Positions 27,636 through 38,770 of a stretch of DNA of 46,308 bases are shown here, piece by piece. The notes beneath the pieces are model-generated. The model searched no databases, was not told the DNA's origin, and was given only the letters and a program-made list of their open reading frames with translations. Source of the DNA: Bacteroidales bacterium. Its GTDB lineage: Bacteria > Bacteroidota > Bacteroidia > Bacteroidales > UBA12077. Location of the stretch: positions 1-46,308 of the forward strand of contig JAVEZW010000003.1 in NCBI GenBank assembly GCA_034002805.1, written 5' to 3'. The translations under genes were made by a program, and so were the position numbers. The stretch's first letter is position 1, and the number at the start of each line of letters is the position of its first letter.

Positions 27636-27793
27636 AACGACATTTTATAATAATTTGAAAACCAACAATAACTACCACGTTTCAGAATTGGCTAAATTAA
27701 AGATTTTCGAACCAAAATGCTGCTTTTACAATAAATTTTTTATAATTGAGGCAATATTTTAAATGAATAATCATTAATAAAAATAAATTAAAT

Positions 27794-27801
27794 TAGTTTT
27801 G
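27794..27801 (+). promoter_or_regulatory. Candidate -7 promoter box TAgtTTTG for the DUF2723 gene
   Basis: tagttttg matches TAnnTTTG and ends 25 nt upstream of the ATG at 27827. It lies in the 191-bp divergent intergenic region. Confidence 0.3.
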
Positions 27802-27826
27802 AGATCTAAATTTTAAATTACAACCC

Positions 27827-30800
27827 ATGAACAGATACAAAATTATTAATCTGGTAACCGGCTGGATCGTTTTCTTAATAGCATCAATAGTTTATTTGTT
27901 AACTATTGAACCCACCACAAGTTTTTGGGATTGCGGAGAATTTATTGCCACCGCTTTCAAGCTTGAAGTAGGCCATCCTCCTGGTGCTCCGGTTTTTATG
28001 ATTCTTGCCCGATTCTTTTCATTGTTTGCCAGCGATGTTACTCATGTTGCGCAGATGGTAAACGCCATGTCGGCATTAGCCAGTTCGTTTACAATACTGT
28101 TTTTGTTCTGGACAATTACACATCTTGCTAAAAGATTTATAGTAAACTCTGATCAGCCAACAACTGGACAACTTGTTGCCGTTATAGGCAGCGGAGTAGT
28201 TGGTGCTTTGGCTTATACTTTCTCAGATACATTCTGGTTTTCGGCAGTTGAAGGAGAGGTTTATGCTTTGTCATCATTATTTACCGCGTTCGTATTTTGG
28301 GCTATTCTTAAGTGGGAAAACGAAGCTGACGAAAAACATGCCAACCGATGGATAATTCTTATTGCCTACATGATGGGCTTATCAATTGGGGTTCACTTGC
28401 TTAATCTTTTAGCTATACCAGCCATTGTATTTGTTTATTATTTTAAAAAATACGAAGTAACCCGAAAAGGAGTTATTGCTGCGTTTCTTATATCATTGTT
28501 AATTCTTGGATCTGTAATGTATATTATTATACCAGGTGTAATAACAGTTGCTACCTGGTTTGAGTTACTTTTTGTTAACGGTTTTGGCCTACCATTTAAA
28601 TCAGGTGTAATTTTTTACTTTGCTTTAATAATCGGCTTGGTTGTTTGGGGGATTTATTATACCGTTAAAAAGCAGAGAGTAGTTCTTAATACTATACTTG
28701 TAGCTTTCACGGTAATCATGATTGGATATTCAAGTTTTACAATGATTGTAATCAGATCATTGGCTGATCCTCCTATGGATGAAAACAATCCGGAAACTGT
28801 TTTTAACCTGCTTCATTATCTTAACCGCGAACAATATGGCGACAGACCACTGGTAAAAGGTCAATATTATAGCGCGCCAATAATCGATAGCGAAGAACCT
28901 TATACTTATCGTCAGAAAGATGGAAAATATATAAAGTCCTACTCGCTGAACTCAAAATATATTTATGACGATCGGTTTACTACTGTTTTCCCACGAATGT
29001 ATAGCCCCAAAGAAGAACATGTGAACGAATATGTTAAATGGGGAAATATAAAGGGTAAAAAAATGTCAATTACAGGATATAATGGAGAGCCAGAAACAGT
29101 TACCCTGCCCAGTTTTGGTGAAAACCTGCGGTTCTTCTTTACCTATCAAATCGGTCATATGTATATCCGCTATTTTATGTGGAATTTTTCGGGTCGACAA
29201 AATGATACTCAGAGCCATGGTGAATTACTCAACGGAAACTGGATTACAGGTATTAATGCAATTGATAATAAGTTGATCGGTCCACAAGAAAATCTGCCTG
29301 AATCGATGAAAAACAATAAATCGAGAAACGTTTATTTTATGCTTCCTTTTTTGTTGGGTATTGTTGGATTTTATTACCAGCTTCGTAAGCATTTTAATGA
29401 TTTTATCGTAGTTTTTCTATTGTTCATTTTAACCGGACTTGCTATTGTTGTTTACCTTAATCAGTACCCGATACAACCACGTGAACGCGATTATGCCTAT
29501 GCAGGATCGTTCTATGCTTACGCTATCTGGATTGGATTAGGAGTTTACGCATTATTTGATTTATTGAGCAAAAAAGTAAATCAATTACTAAGCGCATCCT
29601 TGGTAACATTATTAACATTGGTTTTTGTTCCGGGTATTATGGCTCGCGAAAACTGGGATGACCATGATCGCTCAAACCGCTATGTGGCAAGAGATTTTGC
29701 TTACAACTATTTAAATTCGTGTGCTCCAAATGCAATTTTATTTACAAATGGAGATAACGATACTTTCCCTCTTTGGTATGCGCAAGAAGTAGAAGGAATT
29801 AGAACCGATGTACGTGTAGTTAACTTATCGCTTTTAAACACCGACTGGTATATTGATCAGATGAAACGTAAAGCATACGATTCAGAGCCCGTGCCTTTCG
29901 GATTAGAAAGAGAACAATATATTAACGGTGTTCGCGATATCGTATATATTAACGAACGTATTCCAGATTATGTAGATCTTAAAAAAGCCATCGAATTTGT
30001 GGCTGATGACGATAAACGCACCAAATTACAGGTGGGACAAAATGATTGGATCGATTATCTACCTGCAAACAAATTTATTATCCCTGTTGATAAAGAAAAA
30101 GTGTTGGCCAATGGAACGGTAAAACAGGCAGATGCGGATAAAATTCTTCCTGAGATTAAAATCACCCTGAACAAAAAACGCATTATGAAAAGCGAATTGA
30201 TGATTTTAGATCTTCTGGCAACCAATAATTGGGAACGACCAGTTTATTTTGTATCAACTGGAGGTGATGCAGATGTTGGACTCGAAGAATATTTACAGCT
30301 CGAAGGATTTGCTTATCGCTTTGTACCTATTAAAACAACAGCCAAAGGATACCTTGATATTGGGCGAATCGATTCAGATAATATGTACAATAAACTAATG
30401 AACGAATTTAAATGGGGCAACATAAATGATTCAACGGTTTGGCTCGATCATACCATTACCAGAACGGTTTCGGTAATGAAAGTACGTAATAACTTTACTC
30501 GGTTGGCACAACAACTTATGATCGAAGGCAAGAAAGATTCGGCAATTACCGTTTTGGATCGTTGCTGCGAAATAACACCTCATAATTGTATTCCTTACGA
30601 TTTGTTTTTCCTAGATATTATTGAAACCTATTATCGTCTGGGTGCCAAAGAAAAAGGAGATAGATATGCAGCTGAATTTGCTGATATAACTGAGAAAGAA
30701 TTAAATTACTATTTTTCTTTGCCACAGAAGTTTTTAGTTACTCTCGATTACGAGCAACGATTATCATTGCATATTTTGCAGCGCTTAAAAGACTATACCA

Positions 30801-30880
30801 AGTATTTTGGAAATCCGGAGTTAAGTACAAAAATAGAAACCTCCCTGAATAATGCATTTATGATGTATCAGGGAAATTAA
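27827..30880 (+). CDS. DUF2723-family polytopic membrane protein (TMEM260/GT-C-like putative glycosyltransferase) with large soluble helical C-terminal region
   Basis: 1017-aa ORF. The N-terminal block TTSFWDCGEFIATAFKLEVGHPPGAPVFMILARFF is characteristic of DUF2723 as I recall it. About 10+ TM helices, followed by a soluble C-terminal ~400 aa. Confidence 0.8.
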   Translation: MNRYKIINLVTGWIVFLIASIVYLLTIEPTTSFWDCGEFIATAFKLEVGHPPGAPVFMILARFFSLFASDVTHVAQMVNAMSALASSFTILFLFWTITHLAKRFIVNSDQPTTGQLVAVIGSGVVGALAYTFSDTFWFSAVEGEVYALSSLFTAFVFWAILKWENEADEKHANRWIILIAYMMGLSIGVHLLNLLAIPAIVFVYYFKKYEVTRKGVIAAFLISLLILGSVMYIIIPGVITVATWFELLFVNGFGLPFKSGVIFYFALIIGLVVWGIYYTVKKQRVVLNTILVAFTVIMIGYSSFTMIVIRSLADPPMDENNPETVFNLLHYLNREQYGDRPLVKGQYYSAPIIDSEEPYTYRQKDGKYIKSYSLNSKYIYDDRFTTVFPRMYSPKEEHVNEYVKWGNIKGKKMSITGYNGEPETVTLPSFGENLRFFFTYQIGHMYIRYFMWNFSGRQNDTQSHGELLNGNWITGINAIDNKLIGPQENLPESMKNNKSRNVYFMLPFLLGIVGFYYQLRKHFNDFIVVFLLFILTGLAIVVYLNQYPIQPRERDYAYAGSFYAYAIWIGLGVYALFDLLSKKVNQLLSASLVTLLTLVFVPGIMARENWDDHDRSNRYVARDFAYNYLNSCAPNAILFTNGDNDTFPLWYAQEVEGIRTDVRVVNLSLLNTDWYIDQMKRKAYDSEPVPFGLEREQYINGVRDIVYINERIPDYVDLKKAIEFVADDDKRTKLQVGQNDWIDYLPANKFIIPVDKEKVLANGTVKQADADKILPEIKITLNKKRIMKSELMILDLLATNNWERPVYFVSTGGDADVGLEEYLQLEGFAYRFVPIKTTAKGYLDIGRIDSDNMYNKLMNEFKWGNINDSTVWLDHTITRTVSVMKVRNNFTRLAQQLMIEGKKDSAITVLDRCCEITPHNCIPYDLFFLDIIETYYRLGAKEKGDRYAAEFADITEKELNYYFSLPQKFLVTLDYEQRLSLHILQRLKDYTKYFGNPELSTKIETSLNNAFMMYQGN

Positions 30881-30903
30881 AAATATTCTTTCTAAATTTA
30901 AAG

Positions 30904-30932
30904 AAGGTGAAGCGTTTGCTTCGCCTTTTTTT
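30904..30932 (+). terminator. Rho-independent terminator after the DUF2723 gene
   Basis: aaggtgaagc-gttt-gcttcgcctt hairpin (one G-U pair) followed by a T7 run, 24 nt after the stop. Confidence 0.6.
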
Positions 30933-31009
30933 GTTATTTAAACCATATCAATATAACTTTGTTTTACTAAAATTAATTGTGATTAGTAATTAATTTCCTA
31001 AAAATCAAC

Positions 31010-31017
31010 TACCTTTG
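31010..31017 (+). promoter_or_regulatory. Candidate -7 promoter box TAccTTTG for typA
   Basis: tacctttg matches TAnnTTTG and ends 20 nt upstream of the typA ATG (31038). Confidence 0.35.
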
Positions 31018-31037
31018 CACGCTCAAATTTAGGTATC

Positions 31038-32834
31038 ATGCAAAAAATCAGAAATATAGCTATTATCGCACATGTCGATCATGGCAAAACAACTCTCGTT
31101 GATAAAATGTTGGTGTTGGGTAAACTTTTTCGCGAAAACGAAAACCCAGGTGATTTAATTCTAGACAGCAACGATCTTGAACGCGAACGAGGTATAACTA
31201 TTTTATCGAAGAACGTTTCTGTTATTTACAAAGACTACAAAATAAACATTATTGATACTCCTGGACACGCTGATTTTGGAGGCGAAGTAGAACGTGTGTT
31301 GAATATGGCCGATGGAATTTTATTGTTAGTTGATGCTTTTGAAGGCACCATGCCTCAAACCCGTTTTGTACTGCAAAAAGCTCTTTCGCTAGGATTAAAA
31401 CCCATTGTGGTTATTAATAAAGTTGATAAACCCAACTGCCGGCCCGAAGAAGTTCAGGAACAGGTTTTCGAGCTGATGTTCAATCTCGATGCAAACGAGG
31501 AACAGCTTAACTTTCCAACAATCTATGGTTCTGCAAAACACAACTGGATGTCGGCTGACTGGAAAAACCCATCAACCGATATTACTCCCTTAATGGATCG
31601 TATTATTGAATATATTCCTGCTCCGCAATCATTAGAAGGAACTCCTCAGCTTTTAATTACATCGCTCGATTATTCGCCTTATGTTGGCCGTATTGCCATC
31701 GGTAAATTACTTCGCGGATCATTAAAACCCGGGTTGCAGGTTTCGTTAGTAAAACGCGATGGAACTATTCAGAGAACAAAAATTAAAGATTTACTAACTT
31801 ACGAAGGATTAAGCAAGAAGAAAACAGATCTTGTAAAATCAGGGGATATTTGCGCGTTGGTTGGAATCGAAGATTTTAGTATTGGCGATACCATTGCGGA
31901 TTATGAAAACCCAGAAGGACTTGATCCTATTGCTATTGATGAGCCTACCATGAGTATGCTTTTCACAATTAACAATTCTCCGTTTTTTGGCCGTGATGGT
32001 AAATTCGTTACCTCGCGCCATTTAAAAGAACGTCTTGACCGGGAACTGGAAAAAAACCTTGCCTTACGTGTCGAAAAAACAGATTCGGCTGATTCCTTTA
32101 CTGTCTTTGGACGTGGTGTTCTTCACTTATCAGTATTAATAGAAACCATGCGTCGCGAAGGTTATGAATTGCAGGTTGGACAGCCGAAAGTAATTATCAA
32201 AACCATTGATGGTGAAAAGTGCGAGCCTATTGAATATTTAACTGTTGATTTACCCGAAGAATACTCTGGAAAAGCCATCGAGATTATTCAGCAGCGAAGA
32301 GGTGAGATGGTAAATCTCGAAAGAAAAAACGATCGTATTTTACTTGAATTTTACATGCCCTCGCGTGGTATCATTGGTTTAAAAAACATTATGATGACAG
32401 CCACTGCCGGTGAAGCAGTAATAGCTCATCGTTTTAAGGCATTCGAGCCATATAAAGGTGACTTTGATAAAAGAAATGTGGGTGCACTTATTGCCATGGA
32501 AACCGGTCAGGCAATTGCTTATGCACTAGATAAGTTGCAAGACAGAGGTAGGTTCTTTGTATCGCCTATGGAAGAAATCTATGAAGGACAAGTCGTTGGT
32601 GAAAATAACAAATCAGGTGATTTGGTTTTAAATATTACCAAAACCAAAAAACTTACGAATATAAGAGCTTCAGGTACTGATGATAAAGTAAGACTTGCTC
32701 CTCCAACAAAATTTTCACTCGAAGAGGCACTTGAATATATCCAGGAAGATGAATATGTTGAGGTTACGCCTAAATTTATCCGATTGCGAAAAATCTATTT
32801 GAAAGAACACGAACGCAAAAGACAACCTAAATAA
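31038..32834 (+). CDS. typA: Translational GTPase TypA/BipA
   Basis: 598-aa ORF. Motifs: [52 protein letters not shown]-terminal TypA-specific region ...[25 protein letters not shown]. Confidence 0.97.
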   Translation: MQKIRNIAIIAHVDHGKTTLVDKMLVLGKLFRENENPGDLILDSNDLERERGITILSKNVSVIYKDYKINIIDTPGHADFGGEVERVLNMADGILLLVDAFEGTMPQTRFVLQKALSLGLKPIVVINKVDKPNCRPEEVQEQVFELMFNLDANEEQLNFPTIYGSAKHNWMSADWKNPSTDITPLMDRIIEYIPAPQSLEGTPQLLITSLDYSPYVGRIAIGKLLRGSLKPGLQVSLVKRDGTIQRTKIKDLLTYEGLSKKKTDLVKSGDICALVGIEDFSIGDTIADYENPEGLDPIAIDEPTMSMLFTINNSPFFGRDGKFVTSRHLKERLDRELEKNLALRVEKTDSADSFTVFGRGVLHLSVLIETMRREGYELQVGQPKVIIKTIDGEKCEPIEYLTVDLPEEYSGKAIEIIQQRRGEMVNLERKNDRILLEFYMPSRGIIGLKNIMMTATAGEAVIAHRFKAFEPYKGDFDKRNVGALIAMETGQAIAYALDKLQDRGRFFVSPMEEIYEGQVVGENNKSGDLVLNITKTKKLTNIRASGTDDKVRLAPPTKFSLEEALEYIQEDEYVEVTPKFIRLRKIYLKEHERKRQPK

Positions 32835-32858
32835 TCATAAACTAACATTATTTGGCTG

Positions 32859-33890
32859 TTAAAGGTTGTACTTTCTTGCAAAATCGATAAGTATTTCCGC
32901 ATTTTTTTCAGGATTATCTTGTTCTAAGTAAATTGGGAGAACTGTTCCTTTTGCTCTGCTATCAACTCCAAAACTATAACTTTTGTCATAGTAGGTTAGT
33001 GTAATATCAGCAACAACATCTAATTGGTCATTTTTAAGACATTCCAACGCGTGTTTTACATGTTGGCCCCCCAATCGTTTACCAATTTTTAAAATGCAAT
33101 TTTCGAGGTGAATCTTGTCAAATCCGGCATATTCGTTTACCAATCTTTTTATTCGTTCGCTTTTATCTAGTTCCATCTTTAAAACTGGTGCTTCCCTCAT
33201 TTTTTGAAAAAGCTCATTAGGAATCCAGTTTGAACCGATTGAATGACTCTCGTCTTCAATCCAAATTGGTTTTTCGGGATCCAATTTTAAATAATCAAAA
33301 ATGAGGTTGTTTTCAAATTGCTCATTAGGCAACTGATTGTTTTGTCCCAATGCACCAAATGCCGATCCTTTGTGATTTGCAATCAGTTCAAGATCAAGAA
33401 TCTGTTCTCCTCTTTCTTGGATTTTCTTCAGAGTTTCTGTTTTACCGCTTCCGGTTAATCCGCCAAGTATAATTAATCTTTGAGCCTCCGAAAGCTTAAG
33501 TTTTCCAAATCGCCTATATGATTTATATCCACCGACCAGCGTATAAGACTTAATTCCAAGCATATCAAATAACCAAGCCATACTTGCGCTTCGCATTCCA
33601 CCTCTCCAGCAATAAACCAATAATTGGTTATTTGTGGAAAGTTCCATTGCTTTTTGGGCAAAGTTCTTCATTTTGGGGCCAACAATTTCGAGACCTTTTA
33701 TAATGGATGTATTTCTGTCAATTTGCTTGTATGCTGTACCAACAATTGCGCGCTCATCATTATCAAACAAAGGAATATTAAGCGCTCCAGGAATATGACC
33801 AAAATCGAACTCCTTAGGTGATCGAACATCAATTATCTGAATTGTTTTGGATAATTCTAGAAACGTTTTTATATCTACTTTTTGGACCAT
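32859..33890 (-). CDS. selU: tRNA 2-selenouridine / geranyl-2-thiouridine synthase
   Basis: 343-aa ORF. N-terminal rhodanese domain with active-site loop VYCWRGGMRSAS. Then P-loop GGLTGSGKTE and the IWIEDESHSIG block, matching the SelU (MnmH/YbbB) layout. Confidence 0.9.
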   Translation of the reverse strand: MVQKVDIKTFLELSKTIQIIDVRSPKEFDFGHIPGALNIPLFDNDERAIVGTAYKQIDRNTSIIKGLEIVGPKMKNFAQKAMELSTNNQLLVYCWRGGMRSASMAWLFDMLGIKSYTLVGGYKSYRRFGKLKLSEAQRLIILGGLTGSGKTETLKKIQERGEQILDLELIANHKGSAFGALGQNNQLPNEQFENNLIFDYLKLDPEKPIWIEDESHSIGSNWIPNELFQKMREAPVLKMELDKSERIKRLVNEYAGFDKIHLENCILKIGKRLGGQHVKHALECLKNDQLDVVADITLTYYDKSYSFGVDSRAKGTVLPIYLEQDNPEKNAEILIDFARKYNL

Positions 33891-33962
33891 TTACAAAAAA
33901 ATAAAAGAGAAATTCTTTACAAAGTAAATAGAATTCCTCTTAACTAACGCTTTATTATAAGA

Positions 33963-34730
33963 TTAATCTTCCAAAAAACTACCTAATATTGATCTGCCCT
34001 CTTTACGCGATGCGGGACCGAACGTTGATAAGCGTTGTATTAATTTACGAATGGGCATCGATTGTAGCCAAACTCTTCCGGTTCCTTTAAGTGTGGCAAC
34101 GAACAATCCTTCGCCACCAAAAACCATTGATTTTAAGCTTCCTGTAGTTTCTATATCAAAGTCAATTTGTGGTTCATAGGCAACTATGCATCCGGTATCA
34201 ATTCTCAATATTTCGTTGTTTAACATTTTTTCGACAATTGTTCCACCAGAATGGATAAAAGCCATTCCATCACCTTCTATTTTTTGTAAAATAAATCCTT
34301 CGCCTCCAACCAATCCGGCACCTAATTTTCTGTTTAGATGGATGGATATTTTTGTGCCATATGCTGCACATAAAAACCCATCTTTCTGCACAATTAGTTG
34401 TCCGCGAATAAGATTTAGATCAATTGGAATTATTTTACCCGGATATGGAGCTGCAAAAGCAACTTTGCGTTTACTAAAACCCTGATTTGTAAAATGAGTC
34501 ATAAAAATCGATTCTCCTGTTAATAATCGACTGCCTGCAGATAAAACCTTGTCCATAAGGCTCTGGTTGGGAGTCGATCCATCACCCAGTTTTGTTTCAA
34601 AAGTTATTCCTTCTTCCATAAACATCATTGATCCGGCTTCAGCTACAACTGTTTCTTTTGGATCTAGTTCGATTTCTACAAACTGAATATCATCACCAAC
34701 AATTTTATAATCTATTTCATGTGATCTCAT
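33963..34730 (-). CDS. TIGR00266/AIM24 (DUF124) family protein
   Basis: 255-aa [50 protein letters not shown]... and [49 protein letters not shown] are typical of this family. Confidence 0.8.
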   Translation of the reverse strand: MRSHEIDYKIVGDDIQFVEIELDPKETVVAEAGSMMFMEEGITFETKLGDGSTPNQSLMDKVLSAGSRLLTGESIFMTHFTNQGFSKRKVAFAAPYPGKIIPIDLNLIRGQLIVQKDGFLCAAYGTKISIHLNRKLGAGLVGGEGFILQKIEGDGMAFIHSGGTIVEKMLNNEILRIDTGCIVAYEPQIDFDIETTGSLKSMVFGGEGLFVATLKGTGRVWLQSMPIRKLIQRLSTFGPASRKEGRSILGSFLED

Positions 34731-34765
34731 CCCTTTTATTTCCTCCGTTAAATTTTATTGCCAAG

Positions 34766-37600
34766 TTATTCAGAAAACCATTTAATCAACACTTCTTTTA
34801 TTTCCTCTATTCTCACAGGTTTAGCAAGGTAATAATTCATACCGCTATCAATTGCTTTCATTTTATCCTCTTCGCGAGCATTTGCTGTCATAGCAACTAT
34901 TGGCGTTTTAAATCCAAGGCTGCGGATTTCGGCTGTAGCTTCTAGCCCATCTTGTTCAGGCATCATAATATCCATAAAAATGATATCATAACTTCCTTCC
35001 TTAACTTTTTTAACACAATCTTTTCCGTTTTGAGCTAATATAATTTCGTATCCAAGATTTTTAAAAATTGTTTGAGCTACTTTTTGGTTAATAATATTAT
35101 CCTCGGCTACAAGTATTTTGATGTTCTTTTTGAGTTTATTAAGATCAGGTAGTTCTTTATCTGTAACCTTTAGACTGGTAAAGTTTTCGATTAATACCTC
35201 ATAAACCTCAGAGGCTTCATATGGCTTAATAAGATAATAATCAACTCCATTCATTTTACATTTTACATAATTTCCGGGTTGATCGTTCGAACTAACAATC
35301 ATTATAAGCATCTTAGAGGAAAGACCTTTCTCGTAAATTTTTCGGGCAAGTCCTATTCCATCAAACTCGGCACTATCATTTATTACTAATAGATGCAGCT
35401 GTTTGTCACCAGGCTTCAAGCCTCTTTCTAAACGACCAATAACATCTACTTCGGGAGTAATTTCTGAATTATTTGTTTCGAAACTTTTAAATGTGTGTAA
35501 TAAAATTTTATCCTCATCCGGATTGTTATTTATTATTAAAACGTTTATTTCGTCATAATCGCTAATGTGAGAAAAATCCAGGTCTTTTTTGATTTTTTCA
35601 TTCGAATAAACTTCGATTGTAAACGAAAATTTAGAACCAGTATATTGAGGATTTGTTGATATACTCGATGGACTTTCGACCCAAATTTTCCCACCCATTA
35701 ACTCTACCAATTGTTTTGAAATGGTTGTTCCCAGACCTGTACCTCCAAATTTTCGCGTTGTAGAACCATCTGCTTGAGAAAAGGATGAAAATATTTCCTT
35801 AAGTTTTTCGTGAGGAATACCAATACCTGTGTCTTCAATATCAAATTGAATTATAACCCTACCTGATTGAGCTTTAACCATTTCAACATTAACCAAAATT
35901 TTTCCTTCTATGGTAAACTTTATCGAATTGCCAATTAAGTTTGAAATCACCTGCCTTAATCGAAACGGATCGCCAATAAGTTGGTCTGGCACATTGCTTT
36001 TAATGGTTTGAATTACCTCAATGCCTTTATCTTCGGCTCTTAACCTAAATAACGAAACTGTTGATTCAACCTCTTCGCGAAGATTAAAAGGTGTTTCTTC
36101 AATAACCATTTTGCCGGCTTCAATTTTCGAAAAATCAAGTATATCATTAATAATTGATAATAATAAATCAGCAGATTTCTTAATAATATGAACCGCTTCG
36201 GCTTGCTTATCTGTTAGGTTGGTTCCACCTAATGCATCGGCCATTCCAATTATTCCATTTAAAGGGGTGCGGATTTCATGACTCATTTTAGCCAAAAACT
36301 CAGACTTGGCTTTGTTTGCGGCGATCTCTCTTTTTCGTGCATTTTCAATTGGGGTAATATCAATAAAAGCTTCGAGCGAATATTCCTCGTTTGCAACATG
36401 ATATTTTACCTCTTTTTTATAAATAATTATTTCATTATCATTATCGTCGTAATAAATGTATTGGTTAAGATTATCTGTGTAACTAAAAGAATCCTTATCC
36501 TGAAAATTACGTGAGATTAAGAACTGATCTGATAACGATTTGCCAACAATATCGCTCTCTTTTTCGAGTGAAAAAGTTTTTATCGCTGTTTTATTTATAC
36601 TTCTAACGATTCTTTCTGTATCAAGCATCATTATACCTATAGGCAACGATTCCAATATTTCTTTGAATGCCGCTTCTGACTTTCGTATTTGACTTTCGGC
36701 AGTATTCTTTTTAAAAATTAAGTAGAGAAGAATACCTATTAGAATCAGAAAAATGAAAATAGTTAATACGCTTACAAGTATTATTTTTCGAATAATCGAC
36801 CCTATTACAATTCTCGTTTCAAGAGAAAATCCAACACCAAAATCTTTACTTAAGATCCGTACCGGATGATATACTGAAATTAAATTGCTTCTGGTTCCGT
36901 TATTAATTACTTCGTTTTTTACAGTCCCTTTAGTTTCGTTCTGAATATCATTAAAAATTTTATCTGTTTGAGTAATAAAAACTGAATCTCGAGAGAGGTT
37001 ATTATTTAATAATTTTCCCTCCGAATCAATCGTCCACTGCCAAACAGTATTTCCTAAATGGTAGTTCTCAAAAATCTGTTTTAAATAATCATTAATATCA
37101 ATCTTAATAATAATATTTGCCACTGTGCGGTTTTCGGAAAAAACAGGTAGTATATAATTGTACGATCCATCGGGATTAAGCGAAACCTCCTCGCGATCAT
37201 TTAGTTCCTTTTGCTTTTGCGCTAAATAATAATCGGTAATAAAATGATTTGTTTTATCCTTAAATAAGCTAAAAACATTTTTATTGTTATCAATTATTTT
37301 GATGTTTTTTATAAGTTTCTGATATTTAAAATAAAACAGCTCCAATTTTCTTATACGCAGTTCTTTCTTTTCTTCAGAATCAAAAAAATTGGCAATGTCG
37401 GTTGAAAAAACAATGTAATTTATTTCGTTTTCGAAATCATACCCTGATCGCTCTATTTCCCAGGTACAAATTTCAACTTGCTTTTCGAGAATATCTGTAT
37501 GAAATGCAACTTGTTGATTATAAAAATAATAGTAAAAATAGATATTAACTCCTACAATAACGAGGAGAACTGCTATTAAACTAACGTAGAATTTTTTCAT
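34766..37600 (-). CDS. Hybrid sensor histidine kinase/response regulator (periplasmic sensor - TM - PAS - HisKA - HATPase - degenerate receiver - receiver)
   Basis: 944-aa ORF. TM helices near aa 5-27 and ~270-295. H-box SEFLAKMSHEIRTPLNGIIG. N/G boxes LIGNSIKFT, DTGIGIP, GGTGLGTTISKQLVELMGGKIWVES. C-terminal receiver ILVAEDNIINQ...IIFMDIMMPEQDG...IVAMTA...LAKP. Confidence 0.9.
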   Translation of the reverse strand: MKKFYVSLIAVLLVIVGVNIYFYYYFYNQQVAFHTDILEKQVEICTWEIERSGYDFENEINYIVFSTDIANFFDSEEKKELRIRKLELFYFKYQKLIKNIKIIDNNKNVFSLFKDKTNHFITDYYLAQKQKELNDREEVSLNPDGSYNYILPVFSENRTVANIIIKIDINDYLKQIFENYHLGNTVWQWTIDSEGKLLNNNLSRDSVFITQTDKIFNDIQNETKGTVKNEVINNGTRSNLISVYHPVRILSKDFGVGFSLETRIVIGSIIRKIILVSVLTIFIFLILIGILLYLIFKKNTAESQIRKSEAAFKEILESLPIGIMMLDTERIVRSINKTAIKTFSLEKESDIVGKSLSDQFLISRNFQDKDSFSYTDNLNQYIYYDDNDNEIIIYKKEVKYHVANEEYSLEAFIDITPIENARKREIAANKAKSEFLAKMSHEIRTPLNGIIGMADALGGTNLTDKQAEAVHIIKKSADLLLSIINDILDFSKIEAGKMVIEETPFNLREEVESTVSLFRLRAEDKGIEVIQTIKSNVPDQLIGDPFRLRQVISNLIGNSIKFTIEGKILVNVEMVKAQSGRVIIQFDIEDTGIGIPHEKLKEIFSSFSQADGSTTRKFGGTGLGTTISKQLVELMGGKIWVESPSSISTNPQYTGSKFSFTIEVYSNEKIKKDLDFSHISDYDEINVLIINNNPDEDKILLHTFKSFETNNSEITPEVDVIGRLERGLKPGDKQLHLLVINDSAEFDGIGLARKIYEKGLSSKMLIMIVSSNDQPGNYVKCKMNGVDYYLIKPYEASEVYEVLIENFTSLKVTDKELPDLNKLKKNIKILVAEDNIINQKVAQTIFKNLGYEIILAQNGKDCVKKVKEGSYDIIFMDIMMPEQDGLEATAEIRSLGFKTPIVAMTANAREEDKMKAIDSGMNYYLAKPVRIEEIKEVLIKWFSE

Positions 37601-37736
37601 AGGATTTATTGCTTTTCAAATTATTATTATCGAAAAACCTCAAATTTTTCAACCATCCAATTTACTAAAAAATACTTTTCCCCTATAACAATTATGACCA
37701 ATGGTCGAGTTAGTATGTTGAACTAATAGTAACTAT

Positions 37737-38669
37737 TTACAAACGATGTTTTGTTTCTTTTTCAGTAAAAATACTGATATAATTCTGATACCTTAATTCA
37801 CTTATTTTTCCTGATTTCACTTCTTCAACAACCTCACATCCAGGCTCATGAACATGTGTGCAATTATAAAATCTGCAATTTTTAGATGCTTTAAATATTT
37901 CAGGAAAATAATGAAATAACTCATCCTTTTTAATATCAAACAAACCAAATCCTCTTAATCCTGGAGTATCAATAATATAACCCCCAAAAGATAGTTCAAA
38001 CATCTCGGCAAATGTTGTTGAGTGTTTGCCCGATTTATGATAATCCGAAATCTTTGATATTTTTAAATCGAGCGAAGGATCAATGCTGTTTATTAGCGAT
38101 GTTTTCCCAACTCCCGAAATTCCGGTAATAACACTTACTTTATCTTTAAGCAAGTGTTCAATCGTGTCAATATTTATTTTCTTTTCAACCGATATTTTAT
38201 AACAACCATATCCAATCTGTTGATAGATATCTACTAAGTAGTCCATATATGCTTTTTGGCCGGCATCATAAAGATCTGTTTTGTTGAATATCAATTTTGC
38301 TGGAATCTGGTAGGCTTCAGCAGTTATTAAAAAACGATCGATGAATAATGGATATGTTTCAGGAGAAGCAACTGTTACCATTAATACTGCTTGATCTAGA
38401 TTTGCTGCAATAATGTGTGTTTGCTTCGAAAGGTTTGTTGCCTTTCTGATTATATAATTATTTCGGGGTAATATACTACTTATCAGCCCCTTTTTATCAT
38501 TTTCATTCAACTCAAAATCAACATAATCGCCAACAGTAATTGGGTTTGTGTTTTTTATCCCATCAATACGCATTTTGCCTCTAAGATTACACAAATAAAC
38601 CTCGCTTGTTGCAATATCCTTCACCGAATACCAACTTCCTGTTGACTTTAAGACAAGACCTCTTTTCAA
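37737..38669 (-). CDS. rsgA: Ribosome small-subunit-dependent GTPase A
   Basis: 310-aa ORF. Circularly permuted GTPase motifs in the order NKTDL, GISGVGKTSLIN, DTPG. C-terminal zinc knuckle CRFYNCTHVHEPGCEV. Confidence 0.92.
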   Translation of the reverse strand: MKRGLVLKSTGSWYSVKDIATSEVYLCNLRGKMRIDGIKNTNPITVGDYVDFELNENDKKGLISSILPRNNYIIRKATNLSKQTHIIAANLDQAVLMVTVASPETYPLFIDRFLITAEAYQIPAKLIFNKTDLYDAGQKAYMDYLVDIYQQIGYGCYKISVEKKINIDTIEHLLKDKVSVITGISGVGKTSLINSIDPSLDLKISKISDYHKSGKHSTTFAEMFELSFGGYIIDTPGLRGFGLFDIKKDELFHYFPEIFKASKNCRFYNCTHVHEPGCEVVEEVKSGKISELRYQNYISIFTEKETKHRL

Positions 38670-38770
38670 TTTCCTGACATTAATTTGTAATCTACGAAAT
38701 TATTAAATATTAGCTATTATTCCCATATTTGTTATTCAATAAATATATAAATTATTAAAATTGATAACTG

